Assembly (NCBI GenBank): GCA_010093605.1
Contig: MU004191.1
Span: forward strand, 165,397 to 229,396
Length of the DNA stretch: 64,000 nucleotides
Direction: 5' to 3'
DNA from: Lophium mytilinum
Taxonomy: Eukaryota
Translations under genes and position numbers: made by a program
Notes under the pieces: model-generated
Databases searched by the model: none
The model's input: the letters and a program-made list of their open reading frames with translations, nothing else
Told to the model about the DNA's origin: nothing
In this document: positions 1 through 12,252 of the stretch, one piece after another
How the letters are laid out: each line of letters starts with the position of its first letter
Numbering within the stretch: the first letter of the stretch is position 1

Positions 1-71
1 GTTGCCCAGATGATACAATAGTACACATCGCCTTCCTTGAACTCGGAAAGATCGACCGACTTCGCCCGGAA

Positions 72-700
72 TTAGAAGCCGTTAGTCAGGCGGAAAAGGC
101 ACTGGAAATTGCCATCTTTGTCCCGCTTGGCATACGCCTTCGCTACTGGTGCGGATAGATGGATAGCATGGCTGAAGCAAGTATAGTCGTTGAGCTCCTC
201 GTACCGGCGCTGGAAATCGTCCCATCCCAGCAGCTGGCCGTTCTTGAGCTCAAGGGAGACGGTCACTTTGGCGGGCGTATGTTTGCCGTGCACAGAGAAG
301 GTCTCCATCAATAACTCGCCGTCCCATCCTACCCAGGACCAGCTAGGGAGACTGGGAATGCGATCCGTCACCTTACTGATTGGGTACTGCGTGAAGTGAG
401 AACCCTTGATGAATTGCGAGCTGGGGTAAGTGGGAGTGGGCTCGTTACGACTTCGTCGGGCCATGCTGAAGGGATGGGTACGCCCCAGCAGTGCCGGATG
501 TGTTGCGAAGAGACTTGTGGCTATTGCCATGGTCTAAAGGATGGGATCTCTCTGTGTGCTGCTTTTAGGTTTGTCAGATAAAGTTTCATTAACTTCCATG
601 GTCGATTAAGTCTCTCTTGAAGTCATTCGCGAAGGTAACCCCGCATATGAGTACCGCATTGCTAGCTGAGAGGAAACTAAGGGGAATCTTGAAGAGGCTG
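72..700 (-). pseudogene. Decayed HET-domain-protein-like gene, C-terminal part
   Basis: ORF 72..530 carries RIPSLPSWSWVGWDG, the PSWSWxGW motif found downstream of fungal HET domains. A second motif (IRHCWGVPI) lies in a different frame, preceded by an in-frame TAG, so there is both a frameshift and a stop. The 5' boundary is approximate. Confidence 0.55.
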
Positions 701-1613
701 TATTCATCGTTTTTAGAAAGAGAGAATGGGCAAGAGATTTGACTGCTAATACCATTGCTTGATTGCGCCCGCTTCTACGTAACCCTACTCAGGACCGCTG
801 TCGCCCTCAATGGCCGACCAGCCCTAGTGACCCAGCTAGGTAGATGTTCTGGCAACATTGTTGACGAATTAGGTGAGTGTTATACCGTCAAAGCAGTGAT
901 GGAATTGGAAGACTGTGGCTTCGTCAGTGATGCTGTTGTTGAAGAGGTTGGTGAGTGTGGAACGGGCGAAAGTAGTGCTGCTGTCGATACCAGTTTTAGT
1001 GCGCGGATTCAGCCTCAACCGTGGTCCAGCTCAGCTCTCTTCCTATGGATTGTAAGAACACGTCCTGATTTACTTTGTCCGTGTTTTAGCGAGAGGTCAT
1101 TTAATCGATGGTCATATTGCTGATCTGATGATCTCTTTCGTGAATACAGCCATAAGTGCTGCGTTGGACTCTTGCAGGATCTGGATATGCGAACTTCCAT
1201 CGCTATCCTCATCTTGGTCCCCTAACAGCTAACTTAGTACAAATACGATGAAAAGGCCACGATTCACCTCAACTCGTCACTCAGCACCACTTCCAGGAGT
1301 AGCCCCTCTAGGAGGTCGCAAGCGATTTAGAAGGTAATGGAACATTCACTTTGTCAGACTTTACTTCGTGTATCAGTCCCAAACGCCTATAAAGATACCT
1401 AGACAAATGCAAGGAGTATATAAAGCAGATGTCAATGTACTATTAGAGTGTCTTTGCCATTGGATATCGCTCACTATAATGTAGCATTCAAAGTATATCA
1501 TATCGAGAAGGTATGCAAGCATTATTTTTGTGAAGGACTGGTAACTATCTAGAGTCTTTCTTGAGTCAGACCTTACCCGATACCTATAGAGACATCACCA
1601 CATTCGCCTTCCA

Positions 1614-3140
1614 CTAGTCGGACCAAGAAAATGGTCGAGGTTTTCGAGTGTGGAAGAGGCGGAACTTCTTATGGCCAATGTACACTGAACCATCTCGATT
1701 GATCATCTCTTCGTTGTCCTTGATGGCGTACTCCAGTTCGTCCACGATGTTCTGGTGGCCGTAAGCTCCGAAACTATTTCTCCACACTCGCCGATATTTG
1801 GGGCTGCTCTGTGCATCGGTAATCTCTCTCCTAGCGCGTTCAGCCTCCTCCCGGTACTGTCCGCGATATTCAGTGAGATCCGCGAGCGATAGAGTCTTTA
1901 GCTTTGGCAAGTCTTGCAGCACCTTATAGACGTCTGGCCATTTGCCATGCCGACCGTAGGATTCCTCGGACATCATGTTGGAATCGTAACCGCCTTTCGT
2001 GATGTAGAAGTAGGTGAAATAGATAGCCTCAATAGTGGGAGACAGCTTCCGCAACACTTCCAAGAGAAGCTGTAGCTCGGTGTGAACACCTTCGAGCTTC
2101 AGAGTCTTGAGCTGCGTGTAGCCACCTCCAGCAAGTGGCTTAAAGAGGAAGCTCTGGATGTTGTATTGACCAGATGGCTTTGAGACTTGGATCGATATTG
2201 CAGACTTTACCTGCCGGCATATTTCGTCAACCCATGTGTCTAGGATTAGCTTAGTTTCGTCGTCGTCGTTGTAGGCGTTGCTCAAGTCCAGTCTCAAAGC
2301 GCATGTGCGACTTAGCGCTTTCTGGGTGTCTGAATCCGCGAGGGGCAAAGGGATGGCTTGTTCCGCTGGCCAGAACGGCGGGACGTATATGTCCAGGTTG
2401 AGGTCTCGGTCGGCAACCTCCTGGAGGGCCTGGAAGACGATGCGGTAGGTCCGATTTCTCTTCTGTTCGTCGTACAGTACTTTAGTTCGTTGAGGAGTTT
2501 TCGTATCACTGCGTTGGCGGACTACGCAAGATTGTCGTACCAGCGTCCAGTCGTCGTCCGCCGCACCCAACCTCCTGAGCATTTGCTCCGTACCCCAGCT
2601 CTGCATATTCTCACTATCCCAAATTCGGTCTAAGGCTCGACTCTTTACGTTGCGGCCGCCAACACCAACTGTCTTCAGGTTAGGAAGCGTCTTGAAGACC
2701 TTGACGAGGATCGCCAGGTCTTTCTGACTTCGCTCCAGCGCTTCCTGCCAGCGGAGCTCATTTGCGTATGCCTGCTCGTACTTCTCCAGCCATCTTTCGT
2801 TGACACGAGCGAGGTCATGAAATGTCCGGTCTTTGTCGGAGTGGAGACGCTCCAACCCAAAACCGAGATGGCGTATGAAGCCGGCGAACTCGCTCTCTGA
2901 GATCTTCTCTAGGGCTGTTAAGCTACGCGGGGACAGCATGAATTTGACGTGTTGGAAATAACGCCTGCCAAAGGCGTTGAACGTCTTGGCTTCAATGCTG
3001 CGGCAGGTTAGGCGCATGTTGAAGAAATCATCGCTGTCGAGACAATCGGTGCCGAGAAGGTCGAGGATATCCGCCGGCAATCCGGCAAGACCAACATTAT
3101 TCATATCTTCAGCGGAATCCGTGGACTGGAATCGAGACAT
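1614..3140 (-). CDS. F-box-like protein, paralogue 1 (508 aa, intronless)
   Basis: Long ORF with N-terminal LAGLPADILDLLGTDCLDSDDFFNMRLTCRSI (F-box consensus), then LRR-like LxxLxL segments; shares motifs with 4555..6171 and 9030..10652. Confidence 0.8.
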   Translation of the reverse strand: MSRFQSTDSAEDMNNVGLAGLPADILDLLGTDCLDSDDFFNMRLTCRSIEAKTFNAFGRRYFQHVKFMLSPRSLTALEKISESEFAGFIRHLGFGLERLHSDKDRTFHDLARVNERWLEKYEQAYANELRWQEALERSQKDLAILVKVFKTLPNLKTVGVGGRNVKSRALDRIWDSENMQSWGTEQMLRRLGAADDDWTLVRQSCVVRQRSDTKTPQRTKVLYDEQKRNRTYRIVFQALQEVADRDLNLDIYVPPFWPAEQAIPLPLADSDTQKALSRTCALRLDLSNAYNDDDETKLILDTWVDEICRQVKSAISIQVSKPSGQYNIQSFLFKPLAGGGYTQLKTLKLEGVHTELQLLLEVLRKLSPTIEAIYFTYFYITKGGYDSNMMSEESYGRHGKWPDVYKVLQDLPKLKTLSLADLTEYRGQYREEAERARREITDAQSSPKYRRVWRNSFGAYGHQNIVDELEYAIKDNEEMINRDGSVYIGHKKFRLFHTRKPRPFSWSD

Positions 3141-3648
3141 GGTGTGTGATAGTGTGGAGGATGATGTTCCGGTGAAATGAGAAGGCTAGTGATGTGATGT
3201 GGTGTTATTGAGAAGGGAGCTAGGTGAGGGGAGCTAGGAAACCTTGAAGGTGGCAGGTATTTTTGCGGGAGTTGGAATACCGGGTGGTGAATGTGATGTG
3301 CTATGAGTAGCTTACTACTGCTGCTTCTGGTGGTGGCACTTCCGTGGTCAAGAGCTGTGTGTGTATTGGTAGTATTGCTGGAGCCAAGAGAGCGCCAGGA
3401 CTGCATCCCTTTTCACGAGAGACAGTCTTCTACATGGTGAGGTCTACATAGACCAAGTGATAGAACCGTATTTCCCGTGCCCAACTTTTCTTCTGGTTGT
3501 GAAGTAGGCTACCGGAATTATTGTACGCCGACCTGGGAGTCTTGGATTTTCAGGTTTAGGACATGGACGCGAAGTCCTAAGCTAATGGGGGTTCACTGAA
3601 GCCATGTACACACTATAGAAACACGACGTCATGACTGCCATTGACAAT

Positions 3649-3971
3649 ATGGGTATGGCGATTTTCACAAGTCCATTCTTCCGTCTGCAAATCAAAACGA
3701 TATCTTGTGGAACTGGTTCCAGCACATGCGATGCTTCCATATGCGAAAGAAAGTCAAACTGCTCTTTTAGACAAACTTGATTGATGGCCGTCAGCAACCA
3801 ATTGATTATGAATATAGAAAAATCGAGCAAACTTCTCAAATAACATATAAAGAGTCTACATTTCATACAATACTGCGGCATACATTTAGAAATCCTTACA
3901 TCTGTCCAGGTTATGTCGATAGACTTCCAGTTCTCTATGGACCATGTAAAGATCAACACAACGAATTCTAG
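3649..3971 (+). pseudogene. Relic of an 'SPFxRLPxEIR...LLxVxxQI...LYxxNxF' F-box-like gene
   Basis: Fragments TSPFFRL, LMAVSNQ and ITYKESTFH occur in the expected order but in shifting frames with stops; the same motif series is intact in 42387..43169. Confidence 0.35.
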
Positions 3972-4554
3972 GTCAATCAATAGACGAGCCGGTGACTTCA
4001 TAGGGGGACCGCTAAGCGCTCCTGATAGTTGTAATGAACCAATAGGAATAGCAGTCGAACGTGGCTTTCTCAAGTTGGCGGTTGGTGGCCAACTGGTAAC
4101 AGAATGGCGATGTGCGTTCGCGCGGCTAGTACAGTGAAAATATGACTACCGCTTAGCTGATGAAAGAAGCGCTAGCTGGGGTTACCCTCACGATGGCATC
4201 TGGGTTCCAAGAGAACAACCTGAGTATATCAATTTTGTAGACCTAAACCTCTGATATAGAACTGTAGATCGTGAAGGCTTCAAGCGAAGGCCCTTTCCAG
4301 GCACGACTTCTCAGGGACGTGTCGTCACTGTATAGCATACGCTCCGCCTGACATCTTCCTCTTGTCATCATTTCTGTTCACCCTAAAGTCCAAAGCAGTT
4401 AGCGCCGTTCTCGTTCTCGTTGTCACGGCACCTGCACAGCTGCATCAGCCCCACTAAACACCTGCAAAAACCTCCCCCCGCCCACACTCACTATAGAAAT
4501 TGTCGCACTACCCTAAACAAACGCTACACCTCACCATCAACGGCCTAAGCTCGG

Positions 4555-6171
4555 ATGTCATCTTCCAGTATGCCAGAATCTAGTGCTACGAAGCCTCCCG
4601 ATCAGGGGCGCCTGAGACTCGATGGCCTACCAGGAGATATCCTAGACTACCTAAGCATTGAACACCTCGATAGCCTTTCCTTCTTCAATCTTCGACAAAC
4701 CTGCCGCAATATCCGGGACCAAACCTCCAGGGCTTTCGGTAGACGATACTTCAAGCACATGAAGTTCTTGTTGTCATGTCGCAGTCTGATCGAATTGAAA
4801 GCAATATCAAGCGACAACCAGCTGTCAGAATTCATTCGCCACATCAGCCTTGGGACTGAACGACTGAATGAGAACATGGGGCAGTTGTTTTATCCCCCTG
4901 GCCCAGCAGAGAGTAGGGCGAAGTGGATAAGGAACTATGGAGAAATTTATCAAGTAAAACTCTTGACTCAAAACGACATGGAGCACCACAGCTTGGATAC
5001 CAAAGTCTTGATCTACATTTTCATGTTATTGCCAAACTTGGAAAGTGTTGGTGTTGGAGGTCCCGATATCGCCCATACAAAAGCAGAGCGCGTCTACGAT
5101 ATGGCCAATATGCAGCCTTGGGGGATAGAGCATCTGATCCGGACTCTAGGTGCGTCCGACGACAGTATTTCGAATGATGACAGCGAGTCTTCAATCCACA
5201 AGGTTCCGGACAGGCACATGATGTTACGAGGCGAACCCATGCACTACCATGCCTTCCACGTCATGTTCGATGTTCTCCACGAGCTTGAACTTGCGTCCCG
5301 GAAACTCAAACTAGATCTCCATATCCGTGTACCAGAGTTCGGCACAGTTATGCCGATCCAATTTTCGAGACCGGGCACTCGAGCCGCCTTAAGTAACACC
5401 CGAAGCTTGACGTTGGACTTCACTCGCTCGCCAGATTTTGAGGGGAAAGTTGACTGGTGGGTTGAGGGCTTACTCCAGAGAACCACATCTGCCACATCGA
5501 TTCAGCTCATGCACGGTCATAACCTAGAGGCCAGCTTCGGGCAGCTTGCTAGGGGACACTTTACAAACCTGAAAGCTCTGAAGCTCGAAGCAGTCGTGCT
5601 TCACGATATGGAAATTTTGTTAGACATGCTAAGGCGTGTATCTTCTACAGTCCAAAGCGTCGACTTCTCTGACGTCCAGATTGAGCGGAGGAACGAGGAT
5701 CCAGAGCTGTTGTGGGGGGAAGGCTTTGCTCGGCGCAATAAGTGGAATGAGGTGCTCGGAGTGTTGCTAAGCTTTCCGCATCTGGAGTCGGTGTCGTTAC
5801 GGTTACTCATAGAGTACCGTGGGTATTCCAAAAAAGTTCTTTTCTCCGATGAAGAAGAGGGCATGGCAGACTACATCGGCGAGGGCGACCCGGTATATGA
5901 GCTTGAGCTTGCGGACCGCAAGTATTACTGGTCAGACGAATTAAAACTGCACGGTCGCCAGGAAATCGCGGATATACTCGAGCACGCTGTTACGGGTCAG
6001 CTGGAGTTTGATTGCCCTTACCGTAGCCGTGCTGCAGAGCCTTGGCTCTGGTGGGGAAGTAAGTTGTTCAGAACAGCATTTTCCGACGCTCATATGCGTA
6101 ATTATCCTCCTGCCTACCCTGCTCCCAAGGTTCAACTCCGAAGGTTCGGCGGGATACTTAGAAGGCACTAG
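4555..6171 (+). CDS. F-box-like protein, paralogue 2 (538 aa, intronless)
   Basis: LDGLPGDILDYLSIEHLDSLSFFNLRQTCR; shared motifs FGRRYFKHMKF, LPNLESVGVGG, MQPWGIE, EYRG. Confidence 0.8.
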   Translation: MSSSSMPESSATKPPDQGRLRLDGLPGDILDYLSIEHLDSLSFFNLRQTCRNIRDQTSRAFGRRYFKHMKFLLSCRSLIELKAISSDNQLSEFIRHISLGTERLNENMGQLFYPPGPAESRAKWIRNYGEIYQVKLLTQNDMEHHSLDTKVLIYIFMLLPNLESVGVGGPDIAHTKAERVYDMANMQPWGIEHLIRTLGASDDSISNDDSESSIHKVPDRHMMLRGEPMHYHAFHVMFDVLHELELASRKLKLDLHIRVPEFGTVMPIQFSRPGTRAALSNTRSLTLDFTRSPDFEGKVDWWVEGLLQRTTSATSIQLMHGHNLEASFGQLARGHFTNLKALKLEAVVLHDMEILLDMLRRVSSTVQSVDFSDVQIERRNEDPELLWGEGFARRNKWNEVLGVLLSFPHLESVSLRLLIEYRGYSKKVLFSDEEEGMADYIGEGDPVYELELADRKYYWSDELKLHGRQEIADILEHAVTGQLEFDCPYRSRAAEPWLWWGSKLFRTAFSDAHMRNYPPAYPAPKVQLRRFGGILRRH

Positions 6172-7688
6172 GTAGCCAAGTACGCGGAGAGATGCTCGAT
6201 GCACCAAGCTCTGTTATCGACTTTCACTGGCTGGTTGAACCCGTTCAAGGAGGCAATGAGTTACGGCAATGGCTGTAATTGTCGCCTAAATGATGAAGGC
6301 TGTATATCTTTCGAAAAAACGCCGGCAGTATCCCATTAAGAGTGTTTTATGCTTCTATTCTTTATTATTCAAGAGGCTCGTTTAGATTAGACCAGGGTCA
6401 TCTCACGTTTTCAATACTTTTCAAGAGATACATTACACGTGCCCGTTTATCTTGTCTTGAGTGTCTGGCAACGCCACGAAATCTTTAGGATGCTAAAGAT
6501 TAGGGAATGAGTGCTAGTGAAAGGTCAAGCTTCTCGTTCTTTTGGTGATATTCCATCGAGCCAAACAAGGACACAGTATCAGTGAGGTCTCTCTATGACG
6601 CAGTCAGGACAGTACCATGGCATAGGTTTGAGTTCCTACGTTGACGTCCTGGCGTGCTTCTTCCGTCTTGCCAACCTTCACACGCAACTCACACAGCTGA
6701 AAACTCAACGTCTACCATCGGGAGCCGTCTTTGGAGACATCCAGATCTATCGATAGAGTAATCTGGTCACTCCTGTCGATCGACGGTACTTGATCGTAGG
6801 CTGCGGCACGCGTAAATCTCGCTGCTGGTGCATGACTCTTGCTCGTGCTTGAATTCTCCTCGTTCGACACCACTGTGAAGAATGCCCTAGCTAGAAACTA
6901 CTCGGGTGTTTAGAAGCGAGTCTAATTTCCTATGCACTGATAATTTCATCGTATTTATAGTCTGACAAACCTTTGATGTAGGATACTCAGGCTCCTCTCT
7001 TGCAATCGACACACCACTATAAAGAGTACCTTAGCCAGCGCATCTCTAGTCAGTCAAGCGTTAGGCGTATTTCCGCTGCGTGGGAAAAAGATCGTAGTTG
7101 GAGTTTGATAAAACTATTCGGATACCTTAAGTGTTGTGGAGGTCATAGCCGGTCCCTTAGTCAGCGCTCAATTTTCTTCCCATCCTCCCGCACGAGCCTC
7201 ATGGCCACACATCTCAGCTCCTGAGCGTGGCTTTATTGACTTTCCCAGACCAGTCAACCTTTGCACCCGAACTCTGTTCCCCATCACAAGGCTGGGCATC
7301 CAGACCATCATGTTCACCGGTGCTGAGTGGTAGCTCAACCACGTTGTGGCGCGCCAGGTAGACATCGTGCCACCAGCTGAGGGCTGAGCCCGTAACAACA
7401 TGCCGTCTGCCGCTCGCCTCGCGCCACAACTTTCCCTTTCGATACTTAGATCCCAAGTCGGCGTACCTGCCAAGTGTTCTAGTCCAAACCCTCCTTCGCA
7501 TGCTGAATTCGTGCAACGTTAGACCCAAGGGGGCAGTGCTTCCACCATTGAAACTTTCAGCTCTCCAGTCGAGTACGATCTCCAAGAAATTCAAAAGTAT
7601 GGTTCTGCCGCATGATTTCCTACATCTCATTCACTTACATCGAGCTCATATCCGTCCTTCGTCTCAAACTCATACTCCATAAAACATC

Positions 7689-8650
7689 ATGTATTCGCTG
7701 CACCACCGGATCTCCGCTATCCTCGGCTTCTCTGCAGTCGCAGCAGCCTTCAACATCGATCTCCCCCAGCCCACCCAGACCCTAAAAGACTACTCCGCCA
7801 ACGGCTTCACCCCGAAACCAACCGCCGATCCCCTCATCGAATTGAGGAAACGGGACTCGCCATCAAGCGTCTGCGCCTACCTTACCGGCGACCCCTCAGC
7901 GCCCTACACCTGCGGTAGCGGAGGCGTATGCGGCTACAACACAGCGCTCAGCTGGTTCGGATGCTGCGACGGCGAGTCTGGCGGTTCCGTTACGGGATGT
8001 CCCGTCATCACCGGCTGCGTGCCGTACACATCTGTTGACGCGTGCGCGTCTAACTCTGAATGCGCGTCGGATACTTTGTTGATTGCTTGGTTCGTCTCCT
8101 ATACACCTCTTTCTGTAATTGAACAACATCTCCTCCTAATGCTGCGAAAAGTACCGAGTCTGCCACCCCCTACTGTGCCGCCGGCGCCCTCACTGTCGGC
8201 ACCGACACCCTCGCGCACTTCGTCTGCGACACGACCTCCTACGTTCTCGACTTCGAGCTCACAGCCGATGGCGGCGCGGCCTCGTCTGCCTTCGATGCTA
8301 CGACCTTCACGGATGATTTTGAGAGCACGTCGTCCACTGAGGAGTCTGGGAGCACTTCGACCGACGACTTTGCCGCGACAACTACGGTGGACGATTCCTC
8401 GTCTACAGCCGCGGTGGTCCTGACGAAGATTATCTCCGCGTCGGCTAAGGGCAGCTCCGCGAGCGGAGCGGCGACTACTGGGGCGCCGGCGAGCTCGAAG
8501 ACAGGCGGTATCAACTTCCTCCTCAGCTCAATAGGTGGGCAGTCGACGGCGGGTACCGCTACATCGACTGGCGGTGCGGCTGTGAGGACAGGCGCGGCGA
8601 TTATGGGAGCTGCGGGTGGTGTGGCTGGCTTGGTCATGCTGCTTGCTTGA
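7689..8650 (+). CDS. Secreted Cys-rich, Ser/Thr-rich, probably GPI-anchored cell-surface protein
   Basis: Signal peptide, pro-region ending ELRKR (kexin site), Cys-rich domain. Intron 8090..8151 (GTTCGT..CTAAT..AAG) restores the frame (LIAC-TESATPYCAAG). An S/T/A-rich stalk ends in the hydrophobic tail GAAGGVAGLVMLLA. Confidence 0.8.
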
Positions 8651-9029
8651 AGAGAGGTATGTCTGCTGTGCAAGTACGACGGAACGAGTGGGAGTGTAAG
8701 TAGGTGTAATATCAACGATTTGCATGGTTAGTAGCTTTGTGCAACCTCCTTCTAGCGCGTGAAGCCGAGTCGGAATCGAAAGGTCACATGGTCAGCCTTT
8801 GTACACACTTTTATCCGCATGGAAATCAAGATATCAGGCAAGGCCATACAACACACATTAAGCCAATGGTCTAGCGACCTGGCGGGCCTACCTCCCATCT
8901 CGTAAAAAGCAGTCGCAGCCTCTCCAGAACCGTCGAATCAGATACCTCCATCTCAATCCTTTCCTCTCCTCTCCTCACCCCAAATCCAGCTCATCGAAAG
9001 CTCTCCTCCCCACCCACAAACCCACCCGC

Positions 9030-10652
9030 CTAGCGCTTCCCATTCACCGCTAGCGCCCGAAGCTTCAATCTCGTATATTGGTTCCCACCAATATCACGCG
9101 GCATGCCGTCAGACCACGCATCCCCCACAACCTGTCCCAGTCCCTTCAAAATCTCTCGCTGGCCCCTCAGCGCCAGTATCTTCACTTCCCCCAACTCCCT
9201 GCGCCTGCCGCCGGGATGAAGCGAAGTACCTCGACCCCAATCGAATACACCAGCCTTGCTGTTCAGGGCTGTGACGGTCGGGCCGCGATACTCCATCAAG
9301 TTGCGCAGCGTGACAGACTTGAGATTGTCAAAGCCGCGCAGTAGGTCGCAGACTTCGACCCACTTGTTCCTTTGTATGTACTCGCTCTCATCCCGCGATG
9401 AAGGGGTTGGGGGACCGTTCGTGATAGCCATGCCGGAGAGGCTGATGGTGTCGAGGCTAGAGCTTAACTGCGTGAGGGCAGACAGGAGCACGTCGAGGTC
9501 GACGTTGTCGTGCTCAAGCTCCAAGACTCGCAGCTTGGGGTATCTGCCAGAGGCGAAGTGGTGGAAGATGTAGCCGAGGTGGTTGCGGTTGGTGGTGTAT
9601 TTGCCCCATGACCCACGTAAACTGGTCGTCTGGAAGGAGGTTATTGATGTGGTTTGCGCGATGAGCTGGTTGAGCCAGGCGTCGAACGCGAGGTGGGCAA
9701 GCCCATCTGGCGCGTATGATTTGCTATAGTACGCGAAGTCCACGGTCAGGCGTCGTGTACGAGGAAGGGCGGCTTGGACGTCTGAGGATGAGAGCGAGAA
9801 AGGCATGTCGTGGTGGCCAAGCAGTTCACGAAGATAAAGGTCCAACTTGAGATCTCGGCCAACCTCCTGAAGGACATTGAAAACGGTCTTGAACGCACGA
9901 TAGGGAGCACCAATATGGATGTGCGTCGTCTCGTTATTCAACATCTGGAATCGACACGGGACTCGGTTTCGTAGGTCAGGCCGATTTTCATGAATTTCCA
10001 CAACGCCCAGCTTCCGGAGCAGCTTCTCGATGCCCCAGGGCTGCATGTGCTCCTCATCCCATACCCGCTCAGCTTGCGATTCGGCCATTCTTGGACCTCC
10101 GATTCCCACGCTCTGCAGATTTGGCAGGGAGCTTAGGACTCCAGTCAGGATGCGCCTGGCGGTGCCGTCCTTGTCTAATTCCACTTGCCGGCGCAGCTGT
10201 GTCTCGTACTCGTTGCGATATGTTTGGGCCCATTCGTCAAAATTCTGGGCATCCCATTTATTGAGGATCTGGGAGTGGATCCGCTCGGTTCCAATTCCAA
10301 TATGCCGGATATAGTGGGACAGCTCATCGTTTTTGGAAATGTCCTCTAGGGCTTGCAGGCTATCCGGCGACAGCATGAACTTCATGTGCTTGAAGTACCG
10401 GCGGCCGAATGCTTTCGAGGTTTTCTTGTAGAGATCGCGGCAGGCAAGACGGAGGTTGAAGAAGTCTAGACTCTCCAGATGCTCGAAGCCCAGTACGTCC
10501 ATGAGATCGGCCGGTAATCCAAGCAGGTTGAATGGCTGTGGCTTGCTGGCCAACATAGCCGCTTCGTTCGAGTGCGGGAGATCAATCGTACCGTCCGTCG
10601 CATTGCGTTTGTAAGACGACATGTTGAAGTTGCGGCCTTGCGAACCGGTCAT
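9030..10652 (-). CDS. F-box-like protein, paralogue 3 (540 aa, intronless)
   Basis: LLGLPADLMDVLGFEHLESLDFFNLRLACR; shared motifs FGRRYFKHMKFMLS, LPNLQSVGIGG, MQPWGIE, EYRG. Confidence 0.8.
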   Translation of the reverse strand: MTGSQGRNFNMSSYKRNATDGTIDLPHSNEAAMLASKPQPFNLLGLPADLMDVLGFEHLESLDFFNLRLACRDLYKKTSKAFGRRYFKHMKFMLSPDSLQALEDISKNDELSHYIRHIGIGTERIHSQILNKWDAQNFDEWAQTYRNEYETQLRRQVELDKDGTARRILTGVLSSLPNLQSVGIGGPRMAESQAERVWDEEHMQPWGIEKLLRKLGVVEIHENRPDLRNRVPCRFQMLNNETTHIHIGAPYRAFKTVFNVLQEVGRDLKLDLYLRELLGHHDMPFSLSSSDVQAALPRTRRLTVDFAYYSKSYAPDGLAHLAFDAWLNQLIAQTTSITSFQTTSLRGSWGKYTTNRNHLGYIFHHFASGRYPKLRVLELEHDNVDLDVLLSALTQLSSSLDTISLSGMAITNGPPTPSSRDESEYIQRNKWVEVCDLLRGFDNLKSVTLRNLMEYRGPTVTALNSKAGVFDWGRGTSLHPGGRRRELGEVKILALRGQREILKGLGQVVGDAWSDGMPRDIGGNQYTRLKLRALAVNGKR

Positions 10653-12252
10653 AGTAGGTTAGGAGGTCTCGTGGTTGTGTTGGTAGTGAGGTACCACAGA
10701 GTGCGGAAGAAACACGCGAGAACGATGTATGAAGATGTACGGTTGATTTAAGGTTTGAAGACCACGTGAGATCAGAGATTCGCACTCGCTACTCTCATGG
10801 CTAGAGGCGCTAGCACGCTAGCCGAGTGAAAGCACTCTTCGGGGAAACTAATCTTACGCAGACTCGGCCTTTCGGATGGAAATACCGATCGACGCCTAGG
10901 TCATATAATGGGATGCTCGCCTAGCATGAGTCTTTGTTTGATATCTTATAGCTCACTGGATAGTCTGCTCCTCTTTCTCCTATGCTAGCCATCGGATGGT
11001 CCAACAGCTTGTCTAAATCCTCAACCGCTCTCAACTTTTCCAGTATCCTTGAGACAATTAGATGCAAATCCATCTGTAGCCTACATCAGATATATCAACC
11101 GCCCTTGCTAAGAGAAGTTATGAGTTTCCGTATTTCAGCTTTCGATTATACGTCAGCGCAAAATACCCCAATACCTGTTTACTACAAACAAGCAAAGACA
11201 CGGTCCCAGGATCTATACATTGGGCAATCTCTTGCTACTGCTTGAGATCTAGCTATGGACTTATCGATCTCTCAGAAAGTCAAGGTATGTGCAGTGGAAA
11301 AGATGCTACCCTTTGAGGATTGAGTACTTACTATTCAAGCACCTTCTGCCATAAGGTGCCCGACTACAAGAGTGGAGCTCAAGACTGCTATATCCGTGTG
11401 CCGTGTACCCAGACTGAGACCCTAGTACTGCAGTATCTGTCCTAGACGGAAGGAAAACCATGGAGGAAGACTGGCTGTGCCGCCTCTTTCATTAAGATTT
11501 CCACCAGCTGACCACCTGGACATTACTCACTGAGTCTAGGTATGTTGTTAGAGTAAGTTTTCGGGGAATCTTCGAGTGGAAGAGCATCTAGATATCCTCC
11601 AACTTGTACACCTCATATGCGGGTGTTTCATATGGATGAGCCCTGAGATGAGATTTCAGTTCCGTTCGGCAGATGACTGAAAGGGTTTTCAAGAATATTG
11701 GCATACTTCTTCAATGCTTGAACAGCCTCTTTCACAACACTTTCTCAGATGCAAAGGATCTCGACCCTTGCCTCCTCAACGAACTCCAGTTCGCCTACTT
11801 TTCCTATATGTGGGTTCGCGGCATCTCCTGGACGAAATTGGCCGGTGCCGAGAGATACAAAACAGCATTCGGTATACAGCCCTCCCGGATAGCGGCCAGC
11901 GCCGGCAGAGAAGATAGCGGCCTTGCAGGCGTTGAGTCCAGATGATGGGACACGGAAAACAAGCTTGAAACGGGTGAGGGATAGAGCGGCAGCCATCATC
12001 AATCGTGGTATTGGGAACCTGCGGAGAGTACTTCGATTTAAGAGATAGCGTAAGAAGTTGTATAAAAAGATTGTCGCAGAGGGGTTTAGTGAAGATCTTT
12101 GATTACGTAAATTGTCCAGACGACTTTGGCCCGGAATCTGTGGCGCTAGGTATCTTACAGGCATGCACGCCACATATAACTGGCTCATTCGCTGCTCCTT
12201 TTCTATGACTTGCTGTATCTATTCAAATACACGTGTGTCACTACCTGCCCTC

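Noticed and set aside
7000..7682. Short ORFs as a fourth F-box paralogue
   Set aside because: None of the shared family motifs is present.
10900..12200. Short ORFs (11673..11945, 11745..12188) as a possible relic gene or transposon
   Set aside because: No family motif recognised; cannot be supported without a search.
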